A DNA stretch of 64,000 bases, taken from assembly GCA_963662275.1 (NCBI GenBank), contig OY759316.1:1152001-1216000 (forward strand), read 5' to 3'. The notes under the pieces were generated by a model. The model ran no database searches and had not been told where the DNA came from. It worked only from the letters and a program-made list of their open reading frames with translations. This stretch comes from Candidatus Cloacimonadales bacterium (GTDB lineage: Bacteria; Cloacimonadota; Cloacimonadia; Cloacimonadales; DAONDQ01). Shown here piece by piece: positions 37,557-48,027 of the stretch; position 1 is the stretch's first letter; each line of letters opens with the position of its first letter. Position numbers and translations under genes: made by a program.

Positions 37557-40500
37557 AATTGCTCCTTATAGCTATATCCATTAGAGTTAAGCAACTCGAT
37601 TATCTTTCTATATTCCTGAATATCTTTAGGAGAGAAAGACATCTCCATCTTTTTCATATCATGAATAATACCCGCTACTTTCAGATAATCATCTAGATAA
37701 TCGTTCATATTATGTTTTCTCTTAAACTGAGCGATTTTATAAAGATAAATCCATAAATCCCTTTGCCATTCTGCATTAGAAGAGTCTCTTTTAACCAATT
37801 TTTCAATAATTCTAAGAGCTGCTTTTTTATGATTCAATGCATATGAGACTTTATTCTGGCTCTCATAGATTTCGCTTGTTATTTCATAAAAAACAGATAA
37901 ATCCCTCTGATATTCTGTATTTCTTTTGCTAAATATAATTAGCTTTTTGATAATTTTCTTTGCAATTTTTAATTCAGATAAAGAATCAGTTAAGTTCCCC
38001 TTTTCAAGGAATATTTCGCCCAACCTTCCATGAATGAGTGCTAAATCATAAAGAGAATTGGGATTATCAGGAAAAGATGTAACCAAATTATCCCTAATTT
38101 TCATACATTCATGATATATTTCAAGAGCTTCTGATAGACTACTTCTGCCTAGTTCTTGGTGGATTCCGCCTATTTTCATATATAATACAGATAAACCTCG
38201 TTGCCAATCTGCATTCTTTATATCATACTTGAGAAGATTTTCATAGATCTTAATACCTGCTTGGTATTTGTTTTGCGCTTGACGGAGTTTTCCTTCTGCT
38301 CTTAGGACATCTCCCAATTTCTCGTAACTAATACATAGTCGCTTCTGCCAGGTAGTATTATCTGGTTCAGAATCCGTTAATCTAATCATTATTTTCAAAC
38401 TAAGCTCATAATCCTCATGTGCTCTGGCATGTTTACCCTGTTGAAGATAGATTTCACCTATATTTTGGAGCCAGTCAGATAGGTCACATTGCACTACTAA
38501 GTTATCAGGTTCAATTTCTGTAATATCCCGAATTATTTCTATAAACTCTTGGTATTCAGTCAGTGCAGCAGGTAAATTACCTTCTTTCCTAAATACTATT
38601 CCAACAAATTGATGGCTGATTGCTAAATTCTTCTTATATTCTATATTTTTAGGATCTAAATCAAATAATGTTTTTGCTATCGATAATCCTTCCTGAAATT
38701 CTTGTAAGGATTTTTGTAATTTTTCTTGTCTTAAAAAACATTTGCCAACTCTATTAAAGCTGATACATAGATCGGATTTGTACTGTAGACTATCGGATTC
38801 AGATTTTGCTAATTGCTTAGCAATCATGAGACCCTTCTGATGTTCTTTTAGAGCGTCTTTTAGGTTATTTTGATATTCATAAATATCCCCTATGTTTTGA
38901 TAGCTTACTGATAACTCGAAAAGGAATTTGTTTTCATTCGGATTAGATGCTACAAGTTCACTTCTTAATTTCTCACTCTCCTTACAATCATTTAGAGCTT
39001 TATTAGTATATCCCAAAGCCCAGTGTATTTTCCCAAGACGATCATAAACAACTGCTGAAAATCTTTGCCTCTTAGTACTATCTTGAGCTTTCTTCATTTG
39101 TATTAATTCTCTGAGGACACTTTCAAGTATTACTTCTCGTATTTTGAATCTGCCAGTATGATTTAGAACATCATCAAGGTCTTGCAGGAATAATTTGTAC
39201 AAATTATAATACATATCCTCCGATTTAAGCTTTTGATCTAATAATTCACAAACCCAGTACAAAGATAGATTATCTGAACAAGTTTCACCAGATAGCAAGT
39301 AATCCAGAAGTGTTTTAAGGGAAGCATCATTGCTTTGTTCGGGTTGGGATCCACTTAAGTATTCTGCAGCTCTTTTCTTATCATCTGCTGCAATTAAATG
39401 CCACATAGTCTCGCTGACATGAATAGGATCGTCGCTTTTCAGCCTTAAAAGGTGGTCGCAAATCAAAGAATGCAGAGCTTTATTCATTTCAGTATCTGAT
39501 TGAATAAGATTCAAGACTTTCTGGATATGATATACAGCAGCTTCCTGCATCTGCTGATGCATAAATTTCCATCTTCCACTACTTCCGCTTTGGATTAATT
39601 GTCCTCGCAAACCACGTCGAATTACTGCAAACTTCAATGGATCCCAAACGATAGACAGAGAATCTGAAAAAAGCACTTTAGCTGCATTTGGAAGCATGGT
39701 TTCAAAATCCATCTCCCGCCAACCTTGACGACTGACAGCAACCAAAGATACAATAGATGCAACCCATTCTGTTCCATAAGTCTTTTCTAAGCGAGTTAGT
39801 ATCCATTCATATAATGCGGATACATCTCCTGGCACATTATTCGCAAGATGTTCAGAAGGATCATAACCAGCTTTGTTAGCCAATGAATAATCATCTTCGT
39901 CCAATAAATTCAATTGCTCTAAGGCAAGGCTCAACCAAAGAGGATTCATAAAAGCTTTTTCTTCTTTAAAATCAAGCTTTGTTAGAATAATAGATTTTGC
40001 TCCAAAACTTACTTTACGGTGATAACGTTCATATATAGCAGTGATAATTTCTACAGCATTTTTTTCTGTAAGACCTTCAAGTTCAAATTCTAAAACTCCT
40101 GCCCATTGAGCTAAGCCATCTGCCGCTTCTCCTTCTATTGCAGTTGCGATGATCCTTGCATTCAGAGGCCAGGGACGTTTCAGCCAGGTCATGTGCAAAC
40201 CACGGGTAGTAGGATTAAACTGATTCAAGGCATCGATTAGTACCACCACACGCTTTTTCACAGAAGAACGACTCAGTAACGATGCGAAAGTATTATCTAA
40301 ATCTTCTTCTGTATATTTCTCAGATAGTGGATTGGTAATTTCCAAGAATGATGAAAGCTCTGTTATCCACCTGAGGAGCATGGAATCTACATCACCGGAC
40401 TGCGGAGTGATCCCTGCTGCATGGGATAAGTGAAGGATACTTTCATCTTGTTCAAATTCACGATACAGCTTAGCAAAGAGAGCGCTTTTTCCTGTCCCCG

Positions 40501-41401
40501 GTCCGGCAGTGATACATGCTCCCCAATCTGCTCCTTCCTTTGCTTCAGAGTATGCAAAAGTGCGGAGTTCGGAGAGAATATCTTCACGTCCTACAAAGTT
40601 CCTGCTGCGATCTTGAACGAAGTCTTCAATTGCCTGTCTTTCTTCTTCTTCCCAGGATTTGGGGACTTTCTGTTCAATATCTTTGGTCTCTTCATCCAGA
40701 ATCTTCCAGATCTCTCCTTGTACCCAAACACCCCAATCTTTCAGACTTGTTTCTGTGATATGCTCAGTTTGCTCATCCCATTCCAAAGTATATGGTCGTA
40801 CCTGCTTACAAAGCACAGGGTCATCCATAATCTTCTGTTTGAGAGCTTTAAGGTTTTTTGCTTTCTCACTTGCATTCACTTCTTTTGAATACTCTTCACT
40901 GTAGTCTTCTGCCTTTTCCTTAGGCATTCTAGCATAGGGGAGAGGTTTACGAAAGAGGAAAAGGGAATTGGTACGCAGCCATGGATCTTTTTTAATCAGA
41001 CCATACTCAATTTCGAGAGCCGTGACACTTTTCCCTTCTACTTCAAACTGAAAGCCTTTTTCATTTGCTGCAGCTTCCAACCGCTGTTTGGGAGGTGTCC
41101 AGCCATAGCGGTCACCGAGAAGCACTATTAATAGCGGACGGCTTTTATCTATTTCATCCAGGCATACTTTCAAGGTTAGAAGCTCACGTGCTTCAATATC
41201 TATTTCATTCGCAACTTCCACACCTTGTCTGAGGTCGATGGGCTCGAGTAAGACATGCCGTGCCCTCAAGCGTTCTGCCAGTTCAGGGAAGACAACCTTG
41301 TTGAGATGATCTCTTTCTGCCTGCATATCTTTGAATGTGGAGCTTAAGAAAACAGGACGGGATACCCAGGAAGTAAACGTGGAAGCTTCTTTCTCACTCA
41401 T
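37553..41401 (-). CDS. DUF4062 + STAND/NACHT-like NTPase + TPR repeats
   Basis: VFLSSTFKDMQAER..DLRQG..LLGDRYGW..SVTALEIEYG; GPGTGKS, VLIDALNQ; repeated WQRxLxxxY TPRs. Confidence 0.88.
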   Translation of the reverse strand: MSEKEASTFTSWVSRPVFLSSTFKDMQAERDHLNKVVFPELAERLRARHVLLEPIDLRQGVEVANEIDIEARELLTLKVCLDEIDKSRPLLIVLLGDRYGWTPPKQRLEAAANEKGFQFEVEGKSVTALEIEYGLIKKDPWLRTNSLFLFRKPLPYARMPKEKAEDYSEEYSKEVNASEKAKNLKALKQKIMDDPVLCKQVRPYTLEWDEQTEHITETSLKDWGVWVQGEIWKILDEETKDIEQKVPKSWEEEERQAIEDFVQDRSRNFVGREDILSELRTFAYSEAKEGADWGACITAGPGTGKSALFAKLYREFEQDESILHLSHAAGITPQSGDVDSMLLRWITELSSFLEITNPLSEKYTEEDLDNTFASLLSRSSVKKRVVVLIDALNQFNPTTRGLHMTWLKRPWPLNARIIATAIEGEAADGLAQWAGVLEFELEGLTEKNAVEIITAIYERYHRKVSFGAKSIILTKLDFKEEKAFMNPLWLSLALEQLNLLDEDDYSLANKAGYDPSEHLANNVPGDVSALYEWILTRLEKTYGTEWVASIVSLVAVSRQGWREMDFETMLPNAAKVLFSDSLSIVWDPLKFAVIRRGLRGQLIQSGSSGRWKFMHQQMQEAAVYHIQKVLNLIQSDTEMNKALHSLICDHLLRLKSDDPIHVSETMWHLIAADDKKRAAEYLSGSQPEQSNDASLKTLLDYLLSGETCSDNLSLYWVCELLDQKLKSEDMYYNLYKLFLQDLDDVLNHTGRFKIREVILESVLRELIQMKKAQDSTKRQRFSAVVYDRLGKIHWALGYTNKALNDCKESEKLRSELVASNPNENKFLFELSVSYQNIGDIYEYQNNLKDALKEHQKGLMIAKQLAKSESDSLQYKSDLCISFNRVGKCFLRQEKLQKSLQEFQEGLSIAKTLFDLDPKNIEYKKNLAISHQFVGIVFRKEGNLPAALTEYQEFIEIIRDITEIEPDNLVVQCDLSDWLQNIGEIYLQQGKHARAHEDYELSLKIMIRLTDSEPDNTTWQKRLCISYEKLGDVLRAEGKLRQAQNKYQAGIKIYENLLKYDIKNADWQRGLSVLYMKIGGIHQELGRSSLSEALEIYHECMKIRDNLVTSFPDNPNSLYDLALIHGRLGEIFLEKGNLTDSLSELKIAKKIIKKLIIFSKRNTEYQRDLSVFYEITSEIYESQNKVSYALNHKKAALRIIEKLVKRDSSNAEWQRDLWIYLYKIAQFKRKHNMNDYLDDYLKVAGIIHDMKKMEMSFSPKDIQEYRKIIELLNSNGYSYKEQL

Positions 41402-41474
41402 AACAGCTCCTTTTAAATCTAATACACAGGTGGATAATTAATATAAAAGTAACGTAGCGCATACTTTAGGATTG

Positions 41475-41606
41475 GATTCAGTAAGATCGGAATCTTACTC
41501 CACGACTTCTGAATGAATATTTATTGATTCAGTAAGATCGGAATCTTACTCCACGACTTCTGAATGAATATTTATTGATTCAGTAAGATCGGAATCTTAC
41601 TCCACA
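41475..41606. repeat. 51-bp tandem repeat (~2.6 units) of a REP-like hairpin
   Basis: Units at 41475, 41526, 41577; agtaagat-cgga-atcttact hairpin; identical intervening sequence. Confidence 0.9.
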
Positions 41607-41722
41607 ACGTTTCGAATATTTAAATACAGATGTCTTTTTAATGTATTGGAGAGATTGGTGTCAATGGTTTTATGAAGCAGAGCTGTCAGCTTACACTAAC
41701 AGCTCAGGTAAGAATTGAAGAA

Positions 41723-43528
41723 TCACTCGTCTTGTGAGAATATTACTACGGAGTATGGTCCAATGCTAATTTTTCCTGAAAATGGCAAATCATCGTATGG
41801 TATATCAGAAGTCTGCACATCGGGAGAGTGATGTGTTTCGAAGTTCGGGTCATATTTATAAGAATCGCTGTTAAATCTCATTTTCCATATTCCGGCTCGA
41901 GGAAATCCAATTACATAATCATCATGATCATGGTTATAATTCTTCAGATTAACAACAACAACGACGCTATCTTTTGGGCATTGTTCCATCCATCTATGAT
42001 AAGCGATAATCTTACTAGCATCTTCATAATGATACATATGCGTATATTGACCACCCAAGCCTTTTGTCACACCTGAAACATTTCTGCGTAATGCTATCAA
42101 ATCCTTATACATTCTGAATATTCCGTGTTCGTCTTCCAGCCTTGACCAGTCGATTGGGTCTCTATCCTGGAACCAGCGGTCTTCCAGAAATTCCTGACCT
42201 TGAAATATCATGGGAATACCGGGAGATGTCATAACAAGGGCACCACCTAAGGTTGAACGTTTCCTGGAAAACCAGTTGTCCACATTACCGGGCCAGATCT
42301 GTTCTGGAATACGTTTTTTACCATTTGCGACTTCATCATGCGATTCCGTGAAGATAATACGCCGAAAAGCATCTAAGTCGTAACGATATTGAATAGCATC
42401 ACAGACTGCCCCCAGGTCACGTGATGAATCATCTACATCAATGATAGCTTGCCTGATGGGTGCTACAAATTCAATGTCCCATTGCGCATCATAACCAGCC
42501 CCACCGATCTCTTCATTTTTGGTGACCCAGGCATTATTCTGCATTCCTTCAGCAATACTGATCTTACCCTGGAAACGTTTCTTAATCTCTTCATTGATCC
42601 ACTGCATCAAGCTCCAGCCGTTGGGAATATCATCTGCGCTATCTCCATCTCTACCGGCGATATTGCCTATGAAGGGAACTGCATCCCAACGCAAGCCATC
42701 TGCATGGAATTCCTCCAGCCACATCAATGCATTATCGCATAAATACTGTCTTACTTCACCACGACCATAATCGGGACGTGTATCTCCCCAGGGCGTAAAA
42801 GAACGGTTATCATTATAGAAGTATATCCCTCCTTTGCCATTTTCACTCCAACCATCAAATCTCCATAAATCCAGATCTTCCGGTCCAAAATGGTTGTAAA
42901 CAACATCCACGATAACGGCAATTCCATGCTCATGAGCAGCTTTAATAAATTGTTTGAAGGCATCAGGTCCGCCATAGATACTCTCTACAGCAAAAGGATG
43001 AGAAGGATTATAGCCCCACGAAAAGTCTTCTGGAAACTCTGCGATAGGCATAACTTCAATTGCATTGATACCTAATTTTTGCAGATAGTCCATTTTCTCT
43101 ATCGCACTGGTAAACGTTCCAGGCTTTCCTTCCTCTTTAACATGAAATGTTCCAATATGCAATTCATAAATCACAAGATCATTCCATGTGGGAATCGTAA
43201 AGCTATCATTACCCCAATCAAAGACATCAGGAGCATAGATGATACTATTACCGATTGAGTTAGTCACCTTCCTGGCATAAGGATCATTACGTGATAAAGT
43301 ACCCTCGGAACTTTCAATCAGAAATCTATATTCATCGCCTATCTTAGCTTTCAAAATTCTTGCTGACCATAAGTCGTTTCCTTCATTTTTCAATGGAGTT
43401 GAACCCCATTGATTGAAAGCTCCAGTGACAGATACTTTTTGAGCAAAAGGAGTCCAAACCCGAAAAGTGACTCCGGTTTTACCGGGAATTGCACCAAGAT
43501 ATTTTTTAGTTGCAGATCTATCTTGCAT
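41723..43528 (-). CDS. GH13 alpha-amylase family enzyme with CBM48 (branching enzyme/trehalohydrolase-like)
   Basis: FRVWTP, IYELHIGTF, SWGYNP, DVVYNH, DGLRWDAV, ESHDE. Confidence 0.9.
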   Translation of the reverse strand: MQDRSATKKYLGAIPGKTGVTFRVWTPFAQKVSVTGAFNQWGSTPLKNEGNDLWSARILKAKIGDEYRFLIESSEGTLSRNDPYARKVTNSIGNSIIYAPDVFDWGNDSFTIPTWNDLVIYELHIGTFHVKEEGKPGTFTSAIEKMDYLQKLGINAIEVMPIAEFPEDFSWGYNPSHPFAVESIYGGPDAFKQFIKAAHEHGIAVIVDVVYNHFGPEDLDLWRFDGWSENGKGGIYFYNDNRSFTPWGDTRPDYGRGEVRQYLCDNALMWLEEFHADGLRWDAVPFIGNIAGRDGDSADDIPNGWSLMQWINEEIKKRFQGKISIAEGMQNNAWVTKNEEIGGAGYDAQWDIEFVAPIRQAIIDVDDSSRDLGAVCDAIQYRYDLDAFRRIIFTESHDEVANGKKRIPEQIWPGNVDNWFSRKRSTLGGALVMTSPGIPMIFQGQEFLEDRWFQDRDPIDWSRLEDEHGIFRMYKDLIALRRNVSGVTKGLGGQYTHMYHYEDASKIIAYHRWMEQCPKDSVVVVVNLKNYNHDHDDYVIGFPRAGIWKMRFNSDSYKYDPNFETHHSPDVQTSDIPYDDLPFSGKISIGPYSVVIFSQDE

Positions 43529-43667
43529 TCTCTTCTCCTAGGAACAATACGATTGTTTATCGAATCAAAAACCAAATTTAAAGAATCAGCAAAGTCATTT
43601 TTTTAAATACGGGATATCATCTAACAACAATGTAAAGCACTTAGCAGAAAGTCAAAGCCCTAAATCG

Positions 43668-43734
43668 CATTACGGTAGCAATACGGTAGCAATACGGTAG
43701 CATTACGGTAAAAAACCGTAATGCTACCGTATTG
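43668..43734. repeat. 11-bp tandem units plus inverted repeat (copy 2)
   Basis: Core identical to 4056-4094. Confidence 0.85.
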
Positions 43735-43841
43735 ATATAGTAATGGAATAGTAGATCATTCAAGAGGAGAAGAAATCAGAAGTTGGTACTAGAATGGAGA
43801 AGTCTGATTTGTTTTCGTAGAGACGCCGAAGTTGAGTTTTC

Positions 43842-43870
43842 GTAGAGACGCCCAAGTTGGGCGTCTCTAC
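43842..43870. repeat. Perfect GTAG REP palindrome, possibly acting as operon terminator
   Basis: gtagagacgccc-aagtt-gggcgtctctac. Confidence 0.75.
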
Positions 43871-43878
43871 ATGATAAT

Positions 43879-44685
43879 TTATTTTGCTTGATAAGCGTCT
43901 TTGATTTCCTGGGTGAGTTTATTCAATTCATCGAGTTGTTCTTTCGTATAAGAACCGGCAGTCGGGGCATAGATGACTTGTTTGATTTTGGCATAGTTTG
44001 TTTTCGAAACGATATAGTAATCAGATTTAATGATATTTTCGTTAGTCAGTTTGTTCATATTGTCGATGAGTTCATTCAGGATGCCTTTCTGGTCAACGAT
44101 CGTCGATTTGTCTGCTTTATAGTTGGTATTGACAAGGTAAGACATGCGATTCAAACCTTCAGTCCATCCGCCTAACTGCATGAGCGTAAACAAATCATAA
44201 CGTTTGGTCTCAAAAAGAGATGATTCGACATCAATCTTATATTTATCCAGAGCAAGTTCCAGGTTTTTCCAATCTTCAGATTTCACATAACCTTGCAGTT
44301 CATCAGCAAATTTCAGGATATTTTCATCGATACCGATAAATTTTGAATCTTCGATCATGGCTGTGGAAATCGCCATAAGTTTGGTCTTATTCTTCGCTTT
44401 TACAGCGAGAACACCATCAGCAGTCAGCACTCCGAGAGCGAAAGATGTTTTATAGACTTCTTTTTCGGATTGATAGATGTCTTTGCTGACAGCTTTGTCA
44501 TAATCAGCATTTTTAAGAAAATCAAGCCCAGATAAGATAGATGAAAGGCTTGGAAGTGGTACAAGGTAATAATCTGTTACTTCTTCAGCAGTTTTAGGGG
44601 GTAGTTTTTGTTTGTTCTTGCAACCAACGATAAGAGTGGAGATAACCACCAATATTAGTGTTACAATTAAGAATCTCTTCATCAT
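43879..44685 (-). CDS. Hypothetical lipoprotein
   Basis: Lipobox IVGC; GGAGGA before ATG 44685. Confidence 0.75.
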   Translation of the reverse strand: MMKRFLIVTLILVVISTLIVGCKNKQKLPPKTAEEVTDYYLVPLPSLSSILSGLDFLKNADYDKAVSKDIYQSEKEVYKTSFALGVLTADGVLAVKAKNKTKLMAISTAMIEDSKFIGIDENILKFADELQGYVKSEDWKNLELALDKYKIDVESSLFETKRYDLFTLMQLGGWTEGLNRMSYLVNTNYKADKSTIVDQKGILNELIDNMNKLTNENIIKSDYYIVSKTNYAKIKQVIYAPTAGSYTKEQLDELNKLTQEIKDAYQAK

Positions 44686-44740
44686 TTCCTCCATATTAAT
44701 AAACAAAGATGTTAATTTTAGCTTCCTTAAATCTAATTCG

Positions 44741-47700
44741 TTATTCCTTGAAGTAGTACTTCAGTTTCACTAATGTCGCAGCTTGAAAGAACAAGGCATA
44801 AAGAATTACGATCCAAAGATCCAGGTAATAGGTTCTGTATTTATGGTTAAATACATGTATATACGATGATAGAAACACATTCTGATTTGTATTCAGAAAA
44901 TGACCATCCATCATATTCACAGCATTATTAATATTACGGTTTGAGAATTTCTCCAAAGGATAATTCCTAGCAATGATAGCTTTTTCAGAATATAGCCTAT
45001 CTGTGCCTTTCTGAAATACATCAAATCCAATATATCCTTTTCTATAGTTTTTTTCCAATGTCAATCTTTTTTTCTCCTGCTTGTCTAAGAGACGGTCATA
45101 AGTATTCAGATTTGCCTGTGCTGTCAACATCCCTTCAAATAACCAGCGGGATGGAATGACTTGTACAATTTCAGGGATTGGGCTTTTTTTCAGGACTTTC
45201 AGGTCCTGGTTCATTTTCTCATATTGGATGATGGCACCGCCGAAGATGATCTGGGGTATCAGTACTAACGGAAGGATGTTGATGATTGCCCTGTTGTCAT
45301 TTAGGAATGTGGAGATAAACAGTCCCATGGAAAAACCAATGAAGGAGGAGGCGAAATAATACATGATGCTGGGCAGCATAATTCCCTTCATATCTAAGAT
45401 AGATGCTGAGACTCCATAATACAGAAGTACTTGTACCAGGGCAAAGAGAGAAAGGACAATCACTTTAGCACCCAGGTAATCACTGGGATGCATATTCATC
45501 ATTTTCTCCCTCAGGATCATACGTCTTTCTTCCAATATTTCCTGGATACTGGATGACATGCCAAGAAAGATGAACACAATGATGGAAACGAAGATATATA
45601 CTCCAATGTTTGTGTTTTTATAGTAACTGTATTTATCTGCTTCCGGTGCCAGCCTTAAGATATATCCCACTATCAGCCCCAGGATTGGAGCTTCCAGGAA
45701 AGTAATGATGATATTGGTTCGATTACGTATTTTTAACTGGAAACTACGCTTGATATAAAGTAAGAAGAGTTTGAATCTGCCAAGGAGAGTAAGTTTCTTC
45801 TGTTTCACTTGTTTTGCCGGTAAATCTCCAAAATCATTCGGCATTTCATTACTGATGATTTCAAACAGCATCTTTCTTTTATAACGGTCTCTCCAGTATT
45901 CGGGAGGAAATTTGCGTTTTACTGCAATACGCTGGTTGACCTGCTCATAGGCAATTTCACCATTTTCACGATATTCCGGATAAGAGATTACATCATAAAC
46001 ATAATCAGGCGTTTTTAAAGAACGTTTCTTTTCGATGTCACTCTTCTTGAAAGTGGTTTGTGCTAATTCAATATCGAAATAGGAGAAAGTATCATCGGGA
46101 GAGCCATAATAGACTTGTTTTCCACCCATATCCATCAGCAGGACTTTATCGAATTTCGCATAAATATCCGCATTAGGCTGATGAATTGTGCATAAGACTA
46201 TCTTTCCCTGGATCGTCAATTCCTTCAGCATATCTATGACTTGTTCAGCATCACTTGAAGATAAACCGGATGTAGGTTCATCACAGATAATGAGAGTTGG
46301 TTCGAACAGCATTTCCAAAGCGATATTCAATCTTTTCCGTTCACCACCGCTCATGAATTTGTTCTTAACATCACCAACCGGCGAGTACTTACGCTGCATC
46401 AGATTTGTCTGGTTGAGAATGATGCTGATTTTCTGATCAAGTTGTTCATTAGAAATTGTGGGCATACGCATTTTGCCCCTGTACATGAGATTCTCATAAA
46501 CAGTCAGATTACTGAATAATAGATCTTCCTGAGGTACATAACCAAAATGTTCCGTAAAATACATAAGATTACGATTGAGGTTTTTCCCATCGATTTTGAT
46601 TGTGCCATAGGTTGGATGTATTTCAGCACTGATTGTTTTCAAAAGAGTTGATTTTCCACATCCGCTTTGTCCCAGGATGCCTATGAAGTTTCCTTTATTC
46701 ATGCTGAAAGAGATACTGTCCAGGGCAAGAGTATTATCCTTGAAAAAGTGTTTGATATCCATGATTTCAATATGATTGATTTCAAAGGGAACTTCCACAA
46801 AATCGTAAAAACTGTTGATTCGATAATTTCGTTTCTGAATAGATAAAACGTCTGTATTCAGATGAAAAGGAGAAGGCTGGCTGATGATACTTCCATTGAC
46901 TGAAAATGAAAATCCTTTTTTCACAGGATAAATCATCAGTTGAGCATCAGTTACCGTAAAACGAATCACAGTTTTCGTACTCGCTGTCCTGGATAGAGTA
47001 TAATACTCTCCTTCGTGGTTAATAAAGAGTTCATTGGGGATTATGCTTTCAACACCAATATCCGATCTTTCATGAATTACATCCTGGAGTGTGAAAGATC
47101 CATAGTCACCTTTGATCTGCATGATATCATCATAGGCGATAGACCATTCATGATTATGAGGAACACTCTTGCCATTCCGATAGACAGCCCCCTGGTTGAG
47201 AATGACAGAATAGTGGTTTTTGTTATTAATAATCCGAAAATCGTAGTCTTGCTTATGGAAATAGATGATATCATAAGTTTCTTGAGCCATATACATTTTG
47301 CTCATAATATCATGCTCAAAATTGATATTTCCAACTGTTAAGACGCTGTCTTTGGGCAGATAATAGATCACATTGGCGTTCAAAGGATTCCCGTTGATTT
47401 GCGAGGTTGTTTTGGCGGAAGTCAGGACAAACATGTATTTATCGATGAGAATGAGTAGTAATTCCCGATCGGCAACGTTTTTATTCTTAAATATGATATC
47501 GTTTTCCTTCTCTCTGCCGAATGTTAAATAATCATAAAAGAGCGAAGTATGAGCTGAAGAGAATAGATTTCCATGTTCGATTATTATCAGATTATCATTC
47601 TTTGTCTCGAAGGAATTGATAAGAGACATGAACCCTTCAGTATCTAAACTGAAAAGTTTGCTTAACTCGAGGATCGTGGTAATTTCAGAGATGACTAAAT

Positions 47701-48016
47701 TATTATTAGAATTTGCCATAATCACGATACTCAAGAGAATCCGAATCTTATCCAGGCGAGTCAGGTGAATGTTCAGATAGGATATTACTTGTTCTACGGG
47801 AATATCGTTTTCTAATACCTGGCGCAAATAGACTTCCCAGGAAACGTCCACTTTATGAAACAGATTCACTAATACTGAATAGAGAATGGCAACTTCATCA
47901 GAACTGACACGTATATCAGATTTCAGTAAATGAACATATAATCGAGTGACCATGTCGATTGTTTTCTTATGTTCTCTTTGTGACGTTCGTGAGCTTTGTA
48001 CCATTCCAGGCTTCAT
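44741..48016 (-). CDS. Fused ABC transporter (TerB-like and FHA-like N-terminal region, ATPase, ABC-2/ABCG-type permease)
   Basis: GQSGCGKS, MSGGERKR, CDEPTSGL, TIHQP, LVLIPQIIFGG; the N-terminal domain calls are weaker. Confidence 0.85.
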   Translation of the reverse strand: MKPGMVQSSRTSQREHKKTIDMVTRLYVHLLKSDIRVSSDEVAILYSVLVNLFHKVDVSWEVYLRQVLENDIPVEQVISYLNIHLTRLDKIRILLSIVIMANSNNNLVISEITTILELSKLFSLDTEGFMSLINSFETKNDNLIIIEHGNLFSSAHTSLFYDYLTFGREKENDIIFKNKNVADRELLLILIDKYMFVLTSAKTTSQINGNPLNANVIYYLPKDSVLTVGNINFEHDIMSKMYMAQETYDIIYFHKQDYDFRIINNKNHYSVILNQGAVYRNGKSVPHNHEWSIAYDDIMQIKGDYGSFTLQDVIHERSDIGVESIIPNELFINHEGEYYTLSRTASTKTVIRFTVTDAQLMIYPVKKGFSFSVNGSIISQPSPFHLNTDVLSIQKRNYRINSFYDFVEVPFEINHIEIMDIKHFFKDNTLALDSISFSMNKGNFIGILGQSGCGKSTLLKTISAEIHPTYGTIKIDGKNLNRNLMYFTEHFGYVPQEDLLFSNLTVYENLMYRGKMRMPTISNEQLDQKISIILNQTNLMQRKYSPVGDVKNKFMSGGERKRLNIALEMLFEPTLIICDEPTSGLSSSDAEQVIDMLKELTIQGKIVLCTIHQPNADIYAKFDKVLLMDMGGKQVYYGSPDDTFSYFDIELAQTTFKKSDIEKKRSLKTPDYVYDVISYPEYRENGEIAYEQVNQRIAVKRKFPPEYWRDRYKRKMLFEIISNEMPNDFGDLPAKQVKQKKLTLLGRFKLFLLYIKRSFQLKIRNRTNIIITFLEAPILGLIVGYILRLAPEADKYSYYKNTNIGVYIFVSIIVFIFLGMSSSIQEILEERRMILREKMMNMHPSDYLGAKVIVLSLFALVQVLLYYGVSASILDMKGIMLPSIMYYFASSFIGFSMGLFISTFLNDNRAIINILPLVLIPQIIFGGAIIQYEKMNQDLKVLKKSPIPEIVQVIPSRWLFEGMLTAQANLNTYDRLLDKQEKKRLTLEKNYRKGYIGFDVFQKGTDRLYSEKAIIARNYPLEKFSNRNINNAVNMMDGHFLNTNQNVFLSSYIHVFNHKYRTYYLDLWIVILYALFFQAATLVKLKYYFKE

Positions 48017-48027
48017 TGTTTCCTCAT

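Noticed and set aside
41475..41606. Possible mini-CRISPR next to the defence operon
   Set aside because: The two intervening sequences are identical; it is a tandem REP duplication
41945..41970. aacaacaacaac run as a DGR template repeat
   Set aside because: It is the antisense of VVVVV codons in the GH13 gene, with no similarity to the FGE variable region
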